Positions 24,640 to 36,420 of a stretch of DNA of 64,000 bases are shown here, in pieces (the stretch's first letter is position 1; every line of letters begins with the position of its first letter). The stretch spans positions 66,466,001 to 66,530,000 of the forward strand of contig NC_058368.1 of NCBI RefSeq assembly GCF_018350175.1, given 5' to 3'. The position numbers and the translations under genes were made by a program. The stretch comes from Felis catus (lineage: Eukaryota). Under the pieces are notes generated by a model, which saw nothing but the letters and a program-made list of their open reading frames with translations, was not told the DNA's origin and did not search any database.

Positions 24640-25305
24640 TTTTCTTTTTTAACTTTATTTTATGGGGGTAAGAATATTTAACATGAAATCTACACCCTTT
24701 ACCGCATTTTTAGGTGTCCAGTACATTATTGTTGACCCTTGGTAAATGTGGTACAGTAGCTTATTCATCTTGCGTAACTGAAACTTTGTGTCCGTTGACT
24801 AGTAACTCTCTGTTTCTCACTCCCCAGGCCCCTGGTAACTACCATTCCACTCTTTGATTCTATGAATTTGAGTATTTTAGATACCTCACAAAAGTAGAAT
24901 AGTAGCCCATTTGTATTTTTGTGACTGCTTCATTTCCTTAGTATAATGCCCCCTAGGTTCATCAATGCTATCACGTATTGTGTGATTTCCTTCTTTTTTA
25001 AGACGGAATAGTATTCAGTTGGACGTATGTACCACTTGGCTAAAATGCAGAGAAATTGGAATCCTTGAACACTATTGGTGGGAATGCAAAATGGTGCAGC
25101 CACTGTGGAAAAAGCAATATGGAGCTTCCTCAAAAAATTAAAAACAGAACTACCATACGATCCAGTAATTCCACTTCTGGATATTTATCCAAAAGAATGA
25201 AAATCAGGATCTTGTAGAGATACTAGCATCCCCATGTCTATTACACCACTGCTTTCAAAAGCCAAGATGTGGAAAAAATCTAAATGTCCATTGACAGGTA
25301 AATGA
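24640..25305 (-). mobile_element. Old L1 (L1MA/MB) with a 5' inversion
   Basis: 24640-25034 is minus-strand 3'UTR; ~25040-25303 is plus-strand ORF2 C-terminal sequence. Confidence 0.75.
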
Positions 25306-27598
25306 TGCATCTAATTTTCCATTGCATTAACAAAGTTCAGGGTCATCAATAGACCGCTTTCCATAGCTAAACTACATCTCTTTTTTTAATAACCTTTGAG
25401 TGACCTAGAAGAATCCCAGGATCCCTATTTACAAAAAGCTATGAGGATACCAGAGAGGAGGGCTTTTGGGTGTTCAAGGTTAGGTTTAGATTCTGAAGAC
25501 TGCCTCCCAAACCACAAAAACTTCCCTTGGAAGACAAGCAACTCACTCTGGGGGGAGAATAAGCTGAATGAAGGTCATGTGGCTAGCTTTGGGACTCATG
25601 ACACATCACAACATGGTGATTACTGTTTATACTAAATTGGTTTCCAGCTCAGCCACTAGGACTTGGCCTGGCTAACATAAGTGGAGCCATCCAACGTTCA
25701 TATGGAAAGAGCTATGGTCCTCAATGAGTCTACACAGATCAAATCATGGAGGAGGAAACAAAGACCATACACACTGAGAAAACTGCTTCCTTGAACTGGT
25801 CTACAGACATGTGATATCCTTACTGTCTGGACTTATAGGCCAAACCCTGTTTCTGACCTACTGCCTCTCAGGCATATGTTCATCCTCCTCAGAGCAGGAG
25901 ATCTCTTTTTATGGTAGGAAGCAGGTCACTGTTACCCGAATTTCCTGTCACTTCCGGAGAACTAGTTATAGGCATTTCTTCTGGAAAGGGAAATTAAAAT
26001 TACCTCTTCTATTCTGCCATTCTCTGTCCTTTCCATCCCCCTAAAAAAAAAACAAAAAAACAATACACAAAACAAAACAAAACACTTGCTAGCCAGGTCA
26101 AAAATATAAAGTAGATGATGATAAGAAGAAGTAAGAGTTATATGTGATTGCCTAAAAGCTTCTGCTCCCAGATTCTATAAATGGGGATGCCCAACCATTG
26201 TAAGCCGTGCCACTCTATCATTGGTTGGCCTAGAAATAAGTATTCTAGAAGAATTTTTGAGTCATAGACAAAGAAGTTAGTATGTAGTGTGGTTTCAATC
26301 ACACAGGTAATATGAAACCTGCTGCTTCTCAGACAAAGGCCATGAGAATCCGTGAAATAATGTCTATAGAAGCAAATGCTCAATTAGCTTAGAAAAAAAG
26401 TGGATCGTATATGTTCAATATGCTATTTAAAACTTTTGTCACAATGAATACCAGAGGCAAACCTAACGGTTGCTTTGAATCACAGAATTAGCAAGATGGC
26501 TACAAAATGATGTGTACAGCCAGAATTTTTTACAAGTTAGAAAAACTAACATCATTCCTACATTGACATCACAGTCCTTTGTACATTTCCTGAGTTTATG
26601 TTTTTATGCTCCTGCATAGCTCAATTATCTGTATTTCCTATGTGCCAGCATCATATGAGAACATGAGTGAGAAATAATAATAAAAAGGAAAGCTTCCTAT
26701 GCAGCTGGATGCCGTAGAACAGTGGCCAAGGGCTTTGCTAAAGTTACCACTTGTGTTTTCTGTGTTTCAAATGCCCTGCCAGCCTTTGAGTGTTTATCAC
26801 CGCTGTGCATGGCTGCTGAACACAGAGAGGCACTACTGAAAAGGATTTGGGAAGGCTCAGAAGAGCCAGAGGAATAAGAAATGCCCAGAGATTTCAAAGA
26901 AATGAGTCAAAAGAGAGACCAAGGTCTGAAAGAGGGACACGGGGCAAATCTTGAAATGCCCACATCCAACCCAGGCAAGAGCAGAAAAAGCCATTGTTAT
27001 TTTATGACTCTCCTCCCCCAGCTCACTGAAGCTCGGTCCCACCACATCCCTCCAACTTTGCCCAAGTGACAACCCAAGCATAACCTTAGCTAGCAAGATG
27101 TACTCTGCTTGAGCCCCGTTCAAAACGTGAGAAACACTGAGACCAGGACTGCGGAACACCTGCCTTTGACTCCTGTCTTCTAGATGCCAAGGTTACCCAC
27201 CCCCTCTTCTACAAGCGCAAACCCATTTCAGAAGGAGAGGCCACCAAACCAATCTTGAAAGGACTTGCTCTGAGGTTCAAAGCTGACTCTGGAGCTCGTT
27301 AGCTTCCCCTTCCAACAGACAAGCCAATGGCATGTTGGCATGAGTTCACATAACCAGGCTTGGCCCATGGAATATTCATTTGGTTTCTATAACTAGATGT
27401 CCTAGAGGGTGTGAAAAATATAACCAAGACATCAGTCTTACCCAGTTCGTTGCCTATGAAAAACAAACTTGGCCGGCCATTTAAAGCCTGGTCTAACACT
27501 TCCAAGAGCCTCTTCTCTTTCTGAGAAGGGGCTCCCTTCCCACCTGGGGTCCCCTGACCCGGCTCAGAGCATGCCCGCGTCTTGTCCACCTGCCTCAC

Positions 27599-27893
27599 CT
27601 CTGCATCTGCAGGTCCGGTGGAAGAACTTCCTTGGCCACCATTCTCGGTCATCCTGGTTCCGTAGGATGTAAGGACCACTCCAGGGCCTGGTGTCAGCTT
27701 GCACCTCCACGCACTGGCCCCGGCCCTCCAGATAGCCACAGATGTTGTCCGGGTCCTCACCCAGTGGCGGGCAGCACTCCTTGCTCACCAGGTTGTTCAC
27801 GGTCATGCAGACCCTGGGGAACTGTGCCCAGGCTCCAGGCAGGATTCCACAGCCCAGGCAACCGAGCAAAAGCCCCCACCCAAGGGGGCTCAT
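27599..27893 (-). CDS. DCT: DCT coding exon 1 (295 nt): [31 protein letters not shown]...[12 protein letters not shown]
   Basis: Start in context AAAGCC-ATG at 27893; signal peptide followed by QFPRVC; donor AG|GTGAGG at 27598. Confidence 0.97.
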
Positions 27894-28483
27894 GGCTTTA
27901 TCAGCAGAAGAACCCGCTCTTGCTGTCCACTCCCTGATTCTACTCTGCCTTTCTCCTTGTCTTCCACTCTTAAGCCCTTGAGCATTCATTCCGTTGGTTT
28001 TTGGTTTTGAGGGTGAGGGAGTTGATATTGTTTTGCTTGGCGTTCTGGCGCTCTCCTCCTTAAAAAATACCTACAAAAATCGCAGAGCCCACGTGTGTAC
28101 ACGTGTGTACGTGCACACGCACAGACTATTTTATATGATCCAAACGGCTAAAACAAATTTAAAGCCATTCGGAGCACCTCTAACAGCCAGATTTAATGAG
28201 GGTAGCGCTTCTCACCATCTTTCCCCCGTTAAATCGGGCTTTGTCTAATTGAGTTAATTTACGGGGTACTGCAGTCATCCTACTTATTATACTGGTATTT
28301 CTAAACCCCCTCCTTTCCTCTTTAGCCCATAACTTTAATTGCCTTGAACTCAGTTCAAAAGCCAAACACCGTGCTGCCTTTATTCTATCTGGCTTGCCAA
28401 ACCACGGGGCCTTGTGAGGTTTGTTGTAAGGGCTGGGAGAAGCCATCATTAGGGGGATTAGTATTAGAGAAACCCTCATTGTT

Positions 28484-28494
28484 AGCACATGACC
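28484..28494 (-). promoter_or_regulatory. M-box (GGTCATGTGCT, MITF site) of the DCT promoter, abutted by SOX motif AACAATG at 28477-28483
   Basis: Plus strand CATTGTT-AGCACATGACC, ~590 bp upstream of the ATG. The M-box is the known element of TYR/TYRP1/DCT promoters. Confidence 0.88.
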
Positions 28495-28567
28495 CGAAGT
28501 GCATAATGAAGTCCATACAGTTGCTGGCTTTGTCTCAAAAGGGCAAAACCATCTTCATTATCTGGGC

Positions 28568-28597
28568 TCATGTGCCCCGGCCAAACTTGTGACCTCA
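28568..28597 (-). promoter_or_regulatory. Second CATGTG E-box (28569-28574) and CRE-like TGAGGTCA (28590-28597)
   Basis: Motifs read directly; ~100 bp upstream of the M-box, similar to the spacing I recall for the human DCT promoter. Confidence 0.65.
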
Positions 28598-28769
28598 GAC
28601 TTCCCGGGGAGTCAGTAGATGCAGTGAGTTCCTCGTTGTTGTTAAAAGGCCCTTACAGACAAGCGCGCATAGCTAACTACAATTCACTCCTGACTACTCG
28701 CTGACGTGCTGGAAAGACCACTACAGGAGGTCACACAACTTCAGAAATAAAGAAACATTTATTTAGGGC

Positions 28770-28803
28770 TGACGTACAAGGAATTGCTTTGTTCCACAAT
28801 TAA
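28770..28803. promoter_or_regulatory. Putative distal DCT element with SOX/HMG motifs (CTTTGTT 28787-28793, ACAAT 28796-28800) and a TGACGT half-CRE
   Basis: Motifs seen directly. Position ~300 bp above the M-box resembles the human DCT distal enhancer (inference). Confidence 0.45.
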
Positions 28804-29249
28804 GGGCCCTCTTCCCTCCAAATAAGAATGTACTATTCTCCTATTCAGCACATCGAGGCAGCAGATTTTGAAAAATTACACAAAGTAGCATGCCACCAGA
28901 AATTCAAAATTATAATGATCTGATTGTAAGGAAGGCAGTGGAACAATTTGGAGCCAGGGGTGGCAAGGGGCAGCTTTTGATTTATCTTAAAGTTAAGCAT
29001 TGTCAAACTTCAACCTAGAACACAATGCCTCCCCCGTGCTCCTGAGGGCAGCGAGGGGAGCATCCTATCAATAATGATGGCTACTGTTAGAGCCTCTGTT
29101 TACCCCTTAGTGGTGGAAACAGGACTGACTTGCTGCCCTAAGAGTCTGTGTAGACAGCCAATGTGACACTGCTTCAGACAGTTTCTAAGAATACTTTATA
29201 TTTGGGCATAAAGATACAGAACGTTCCGAAGAAAATTCCTAAGGTTAAT

Positions 29250-29464
29250 TTTTTTTTTTTTTTTTTTTAGAAGGAGAGAGCACGGGAGAGGGGCAGGGAG
29301 CGAGCGAGCGAGCAAGAGAGAGAGAGAGAGAGAGAGAGAATCTTAAGCAGGCTCCACACTCAGGGCAGAGTCAGACACAGGGCTCAATCCTACAACCCTG
29401 GGATCATGACCTGGGCTGAAATCAAGAGTCAGACGCATAACCAATTAAGCCACCCAGGGGCCCC
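29250..29464 (-). mobile_element. CAN-SINE
   Basis: Poly-T, (GA)n, ending ...ccacccagggggcccc. Confidence 0.92.
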
Positions 29465-29741
29465 TAAAACAATTTTTGTATAGATGTTCCTCCCCTGTGT
29501 ATTTCTGTGTCATGCCCTTGACATTGTGACTAAGTAGCAGTTCTCATCTCTGACTACACACCAATGCCAGCCAACCACCCGAGCCCACGGAAGCAGAACA
29601 TCTGAGGGTGTGGCCAGGGCAGTATTTGCTATATGTTCTCTAAGCCATATTAATGTGCAACCACAGTAGAAAACCGCAGGGTTAGAATAAAGCACAGTTC
29701 CTGAAGAAATGTTGGAACTGAGTCAGCTGAGGGACTCCATG

Positions 29742-30192
29742 TGTGTTAGTTTCCTGGGGCTGCCTTAACAATTTACCACAAACATAGTGGCTTAAAATAA
29801 CAGATTTATTCTCTCATAATTCTGAGGGCAGAAGTCCAAAATCAATGTGTTGATGAAGCTGTATTCTTGGAAGGCTCCGGAGGAGAATCTTTCTTGCCTC
29901 TTCCAACTTTTGGCGGTTGCCTCCGTTCTTGTTTCCCTGGTTTGAAGCAGCATCACCCCAACCTCTGCCGTTGTCACATGGCCCCTCTTCTTCTGTCTGT
30001 GCCTCTCGTTTGTGTGTCTCCTGTAAGGACACTTGTCATTGGATTTAGAGCCCACCTGGATAATCCAGGATGGTCTCATCTTGACATTCTCAAGTTAATT
30101 ACATCAGTAAAGACCCTCTTACCAAATAAGGTCACATTCACAGGTTCTGAGATATGGACATAACTTCTTGGAGACCACTCTTCAACCCTCTA
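29742..30192 (-). mobile_element. MaLR LTR (MLT1C/D-like)
   Basis: tgtgttagtttcctggggctgcc...cagaagtccaaaatcaa...aaataaggtcacattcacagg. Confidence 0.85.
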
Positions 30193-30789
30193 TGTCATGA
30201 ATATGAAACTTGAATAACATAAGAATTGCAATATCTCAGAGTTGGGAGGGTGTTGTTGAACTCATTTATTCATTCCATGTGTACCTACTGACCCACTTCA
30301 TGTCAGCATTGTGCCACTTTGAGATTCCCTTCTGTGTTTTGTGATGCCTTGGCTCCAAAAATATCAGATTCAAAGTTCTTAGATAATGTCGCTGATGGAA
30401 TCAACAACTCCCATATGGGAATGCCCCCAAGCCTAGGCTTTTGGCTCTCTTTTCTTTCATAACAATGTTTGCTAGGTAATTCACCTAGTCTGTGGCTTTA
30501 AATACAGGCTATCATGACTCCCCAAAATTACAGCTCTGGCCCTAACCTCAACTGGGAGCCCCAGGCTCATATAACTAACTTCCTACTTGGTCTCTCACTC
30601 GGAGACCTAGACATTTCTCACTTAACGTTTCAAAGTAAACTTTTGCTCTCTCCACCCAATTTTCTTCCCCGTTAGTCCTCCTCACCTTAGTCAAGAGCAC
30701 CACCACCATCTCATTAGTGGTTCTGGATTCTTAGAGTAAAATCCAAGGTCATCATAAGGATTTTACTCCACGGTCCTTTCCATGCACTA

Positions 30790-31040
30790 ATCAAAGGGTG
30801 GGCCATGTATCCACAAACATGTGTTCCTGGTCTGCACCAAAATAAATATAATAAGGAGAGAAATTGAGAGTCAGCATTTAGAAACTATCATGGCAATTTG
30901 GCATTGGCACAACGTTCAAGCACGTGATCAGTGGACTCATCTCATTGAAGAGGAGGTCTAGTAAGGGGGTTGCCAAGCTTGCGTGGACATGATCTGGTAG
31001 CATAGGCTGCAGACTAGTCACGTTGGATTGCATGTTGGCC
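30790..31040. mobile_element. Probable hAT-Charlie fragment (Charlie4-like) within a degraded L2
   Basis: gcatttagaaact...gtgatcagtggactcatctcattgaa resembles a recalled consensus; flanks 30430-30720 and 31100-31550 are L2-like. Confidence 0.4.
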
Positions 31041-31853
31041 TGTGGCTGAAAAAATTTTTTAACTATTTTTTAAGTTCTTCACCATGGACAGTTCGAGAAG
31101 AACTGGCTTGTAAGGTCCTCCACGATCTGTGCCTTGCCCACCTCTCTCTCCCTCTTGTTCTGCGATCACAGAACACAGCAATTACTCTAGTATTCAACCA
31201 TGTTGCATTCGTTTCCACATTGGTCTTTCTTCTGCCACTCCCTCTGCCTTGAATGTTCTTATTCACAGTCCTCCTTGTCACCCAGGTTTCAGCTCATATG
31301 TTAGGATGTGAGAGAGGACCCTCTCACTCTATTGTGTCCACATCCAGCCACCTACTCTACCTGGCACTGTTTTCCTTCAGAGCACTTAGCACTATCTAAA
31401 ATGAACTTATTGGTTTACTTGCTGACAGTCTGTCTCTTCTATTCTGGTATAAATTCCAGGGGAGCAAGAAACTTAGCCATGTTGTCTTTCCCCCATGCTA
31501 AGAACAGTGCTTGGCAAAGAGAAGTTACTTGATAACAGTTGATGAGTAATTATGCTCACTTCAATTTTTTTATGTTCATTAGAAGAGTCTCACCATTATA
31601 GTGACTGGCTTTATACAAGTTACATGTTATGACTATATAAAATAAATGTAGACTACTAAATACCACTGTCATGTTAAAAGTTCCTTATAAGATTTGCTAC
31701 ACTGCTAAAAATGTCCGATCTAACACTCCACCATTGGTCCCCACCACATCACCACCAACAACAAATTCCCCCCTTACTATTTCTGATGAGATATCCATCA
31801 CCAGGGTCTGGTTAAACACCTCTAGGAAGGAAATCCCTTTAAGAAACAGTTCT

Positions 31854-32555
31854 TTTTTTATTATTAGTAACTTGTTTTATTTTTTATTTTTTTAAATTCA
31901 CATCCAAATTAGTTAGCATATAGTGCAACAATGATTTCAGGAGTAGATTCTTTAATTCCCATTACCCATTTAGCCCATCCCCCCCCCACAACCTTTCCGT
32001 TAACCCTCAGTTTGTTCTCCATATTTATGAGTCTCTTCTGTTTTGTCCCCCTCCCTGTTTTTATATTATTTTTGTTTCCCTTCCCTTATGTTCATCTATT
32101 TTGTCTCTTAAAGTCCTCATATGAGTGAAGTCATATGATTTTTGTCTTTCTCTGACTGACTAATTTCACTTAGCATAATACCCTCCAGTTCCATCCACAT
32201 AGTTGCAAATGGCAAGATTTCATTCTTTTTGATTGCTGAGTAATACTCCATTGTATAAATATACCACATCTTCTTTATCCATTCATCCATCGATGGACAT
32301 TTGGGCTCTTTTCATACTTTGGTTACTGTTGATAGTGCTGCTATAAACATGGGGGTGCATGTGTCCCTTCGAAACAGCACACCTGTATCTCTTGGGTAAA
32401 TGCCTAGTAGTGCAATTGCTGGGTCATAGGGTAGTTCTATTTTTAGTTTTTTGAGGAACCTCCATACTGCTTTCCAGAGTGGCTGCACCAGCTTGCATTG
32501 CCACCAACAATGCAAAAGAGATCCTCTTTCTCTGCATCCTCGCCAACATCTGTTG
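31854..32555 (-). mobile_element. 5'-truncated carnivore/feline L1 with TSD
   Basis: ORF 32312..32515 is the L1 ORF2 C-terminus ([14 protein letters not shown]...[14 protein letters not shown]); TSD aagaaa(c/t)a(g/a)ttct at 31841-31853 and 32556-32568. Confidence 0.93.
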
Positions 32556-32956
32556 AAGAAATAATTCTAAAGGTTAGGAAATTCTTCCTTTTTAATAACT
32601 ATTTCATATTTAGAATTTAACATAATTTGAATTTGAATATAAATAGTGAAGATTTCCTTCACCAATGTTTCCATCAAAAGCCCTTGGGAAATAACCCACC
32701 CCCCCCAACCCCCCCAGAATGGGTCCAGTCCATTTTCCATAGAATTTTGTCCCTATATTCTCTTTTTTCAGACCACATTTCTTCAGTTCCTTCCATTTTC
32801 CCTTCATATGACCTAATTTTAAATCCTCCCATTAGCCTGTACTCTTTTTTTCTGGAAAATTCAGTTTGCCATTTGACCTCTTCATGCATGTTTCCCATAA
32901 GTTAAATCAATGTTCCTGATACAATCTGAGTAAAGACGACTAACAGATTAGCTCAT

Positions 32957-33175
32957 GGGGTGGGTGGCGCCTGGGTGGCTCAGTCGGTTAAACATCTGAC
33001 TATTGATTTTGGCTCAGCTCATGATCTCACAGTTCACGCGTTCAAGCCTCACATTTGGCTCTGCGCTGACAGCATGAAGCCTGCTTAGGATTCTTGCTCT
33101 CCCTCTCTCTCTGTCCCTTCCCACTTGCTCTCTCACTTTCTCTCTCTCAAAATAAATAAATAAACATAAAAAAAA
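32957..33175 (+). mobile_element. CAN-SINE
   Basis: TSD tagctcatg. Confidence 0.92.
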
Positions 33176-33464
33176 TAGCTCATGAGCTTTGCTTTAGCAG
33201 CTATATCGCTCATCAATTTTGTATCTGTTAGCCCAAGCTAAGTCACGTGGCAGTTAAGACCTCAAGAATCTCATTGGCTTGTGAAACAACATCTACCACC
33301 CATCAGCTCTAATTATGCTCCACAATGCCTCCCCTTCCCCCACCCCCACAGGACTCAGGGTAAAGGAGAATCTTTTCCTTACTCCCTTGATACTGTTCAT
33401 CTTCTGACAAAGAAGTCAGTGATGGGCCACTACCTCGCTCGTTTCTGCTCGCATTCTATTGGCA

Positions 33465-33810
33465 ATAAACAGAAATTTATTTCTCACAGTGCTGGAGCCT
33501 GGAGGTCCGAGACCAAGGTGCCACCAGGCTGGTTTCATCTGAAGCCTCTCTCCTTGGCATGCAAATGGCTGTCCTTTCGCTGTCTCGCCTCATGGTCTCT
33601 CCTTGTGCACACAGGCCCTGATGTCTCCTTGTGTGTCCAGATCTCCTTTTCTCATGAGGACACACATCAGACTGGGCTGGGACCCTCCCCAACATCTTCA
33701 TTTTCACTTTACCTCTTTAAAGGCCCCGACTCCTTGTACAGTCACATTCTGTGGTACTGGGGATAGGGTTGCAACATGTTAATTTCGACAGAACAGGTTC
33801 AGCCTGTAAC
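33465..33810 (-). mobile_element. MaLR LTR (MLT1B-like)
   Basis: cagaaatttatttctcacagt...cagtcacattctgtggtactgggg. Confidence 0.75.
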
Positions 33811-33850
33811 AGGGTCAAAATGCAAGAGTTCACTTTTGTCTCTATTAAAC

Positions 33851-34060
33851 TATATATATATATATATGCACATACACACATATATGTATGTATGTATATA
33901 TATATATATATATACACACATACATATATGTATGTATGTGTATATATATATATACACACATATATATATGTATGTATGTATGTATATATATATATGTATG
34001 TGTGTATATATATAGGATAGAGAGAGAGAAAGAGAGAGATAAATAGATAGATAGATGCAC
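33851..34060. repeat. Compound (TA)/(TG)/(CA) microsatellite followed by (GA)/(GATA)
   Basis: Read directly; it is the source of the Y/I-rich spurious ORFs. Confidence 0.95.
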
Positions 34061-35366
34061 ACATACTCCTGTGTAAGTCCAAAGGTAATAAACAGGCAGC
34101 CAAGTCTTTGTGAGCAAACCAGGGGTGAGAGAAGAATCCAAGAATTCCTGAGAAGTTGGTGTAAGTAATCAGAAATCTAAGGACCAAGCCAAGATAAGCT
34201 AAGACGTTGTCACATCATGGGCATAGCTGTAATTATATATTGCCTTATTTACAAAAGGAAAAGTCTTTGCTGGAAACCAAAGAGCAGAATCCAGGAGGAG
34301 ATATCTCATGGGCAAATTGAGATCATTTACAGCTAGTGGAAGCCATAGAATCAAGGACTATTCTAAGAAACGTTCTGAAACCCAGTAGAGAGGAAGGAGG
34401 CTGTGTATCATAGAGCTAAGTAATCTGAAACTAGAAAGTGACTTATTAAAAAGCAATTTGTTTTACAGTAGAGGGAAGCATCTTAGTGAAAAGAATGTTC
34501 TACATATTTCCATTTTGCATTTTGGCCCCTAGAACCTGCTTGCGTGTGAGAAGGATTCCGTGTGTGCTCCTGGAAGTGAATTGAATCAGATGCTTGGGGA
34601 GTTTGTGAGTGAATGGGGCAGGATGGGTTTGCAAAACTTTGCAGATAGGATGCAAGCCTGCTTCATACACTCAAAGGAGGAGGGCACACATGTCTCTAAG
34701 CCTGGTAAGCAATCCAGTGGGTCTGTAAATGTTTTTAGAGCTGTTGCTAAGGCTAAGACAGAAAAATTATTCGCATCTTTCTTCTGCCTGTCAGTGAGTT
34801 GCCTGCTCTTTTCGGCATGTCTCCGAATGTGAAAATCCTCCCAGTTTATAGTCCCTGCTGGACTCCTCTACCCAAAGCTTTTTGATCTATTCTCTGCTGC
34901 CATATCATGCAGGAAAGAGATTATTTTTTCCCCTGTGTCCAAATGGTTTCCTAAATGCTGGGCATCTGTCCTGATAAGGGTTTTGCTTTCTACATCTAAG
35001 AGCTTTCCTTTTCTTGGTGGTGTAAATTGTTCTTCAGAGGAATTAAGGGTTAGGAATGAGCTGTGTGGCTTTCTGGTATTTCAGTGGGATGCAGTTTTCC
35101 CCTACTGGGTGCATTTTTGGATAGTCTTTCCTTAAGGCTGTGTTTATACATCAAACACATCTTTTCATTTCAGATTTTGCATTGCACATCTTTATATTCA
35201 TTTGTTATGCACACTGATGCCCTCCAAGTCCTATTTTATCCTTTGGGTTTTATCCTTCACCCTGGTAACAGGTATTCAACTTAGATTTTTTAATGTGTAC
35301 CTGTATAATTTAATGACTTACTTGGGTAGGTAATATAGCTACTCCTCCTTCAAAATATGGATCTGT

Positions 35367-35586
35367 GGGGGATCTGGGTGGATCAGTTGGTTGAGCATCT
35401 GACTCTTGGTTTCGGCTCAGGTCATGATCTTGTGGTTTGTGAGGTTGAGTCCCGAATTGGGCTCTGCACTGGTGGTACAGAGCCTGTTTGGGATCCTCTC
35501 TCTCTCTCTTTCTCTCTCTCTCCCTGCCCCTCCTCCACTCATGCTCATGTGTGCTCTCTCTCAAAATAAATAAACTAAAAATCATA
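35367..35586 (+). mobile_element. CAN-SINE
   Basis: TSD aaaatatggatct. Confidence 0.92.
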
Positions 35587-35866
35587 AAAATATGGATCTC
35601 TGGAAGGAAGGGAATCACTCCCTTTCCTGCGCACTTCTTATCAAACCCAGCAAATACCACTTACAAATTTGCAAGAAATTATACAGGCTGATGTAAACTC
35701 TTCTGGACAACTCTAGTACTAACAAATCCACCAGAGTTTATAAATGTGTGATTAAGACTGTTTGGGCCCTAGAAGGATCACCAAAATATATTGTCAAGTG
35801 AAAAACATGAGGTACATAACTGTGAATTCGTTGTGCTGGCATTTACATGTGAAGGTGTTGGGGGGA

Positions 35867-35874
<8 letters not shown>

Positions 35875-35913
<39 letters not shown>
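35875..35913. repeat. (GA)n microsatellite
   Basis: Read directly. Confidence 0.95.
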
Positions 35914-35917
<4 letters not shown>

Positions 35918-36189
35918 GCCTATCTGTGTGTAAATGTAGTGTATAAACACAGAAAACAAGGTGAGTGGCTGTCTCTGGGAAAGGAGCTTAGAAGGCTGGG
36001 AAATCAGAGAAGAAAGGAGACTTATTTTATTTTGTTCTTTTGTACATTTTGAACTTTGAATCATGCCTATACAGTACTTATCTTTTTAATCATATGTTAA
36101 AAATCTTAAGTTAAAAAATTTAGAATGATGGGCATTTGTGAGGATGGCATTATGTAGAGGAACTTTTTCTGTAAGTAGTAAAGGCACTA

Positions 36190-36420
36190 TGGCTTTGGCA
36201 CGACCCAGATTGGTTTTATTGATCTTGACCCTGCTACTTCCTAGTTCAATGACCTTGGACAACGTAGTTACCTTCTCTTAGCCCCAGCTTCCTCATCCAT
36301 CAATCCAAGATGATAATATCTTGGATATTTAATTTTAAGGGTTAAATGTGACCCCACATATAAATTGCCTTGCAGAACTTGGCACACAGTAGGTACTCAG
36401 CAAAAAGTGACTGTAATTAC
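36190..36420 (+). mobile_element. MIR SINE
   Basis: gaccttggacaacgtagttacc...cttcctcatccat...ggcacacagtaggtactcagcaaa core. Confidence 0.6.

Larger units (their letters stand above)
1..28360 (-). other. DCT: DCT (dopachrome tautomerase / TYRP2) gene, 3'-partial: exons 1-6 in the window, intron 6 runs off the left edge
   Basis: Six spliced exons give 393 aa of tyrosinase-family protein matching DCT (signal peptide, Cys-rich domain, ZnA His189/211/220, ZnB His369/373). The exon 7 peptide (VLHSFTDAIFDEW...) was not seen in 1-12074. The 5' end is inferred from promoter spacing. Confidence 0.96.

Noticed and set aside
27299..28010. Several ORFs overlapping exon 1 in other frames or strands
   Set aside because: By-products of the GC-rich coding exon; no independent support.
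33717..34187. Y/I/H-rich ORFs (also 45663-46221 and 61182-61418)
   Set aside because: Translations of microsatellites and low-complexity DNA.
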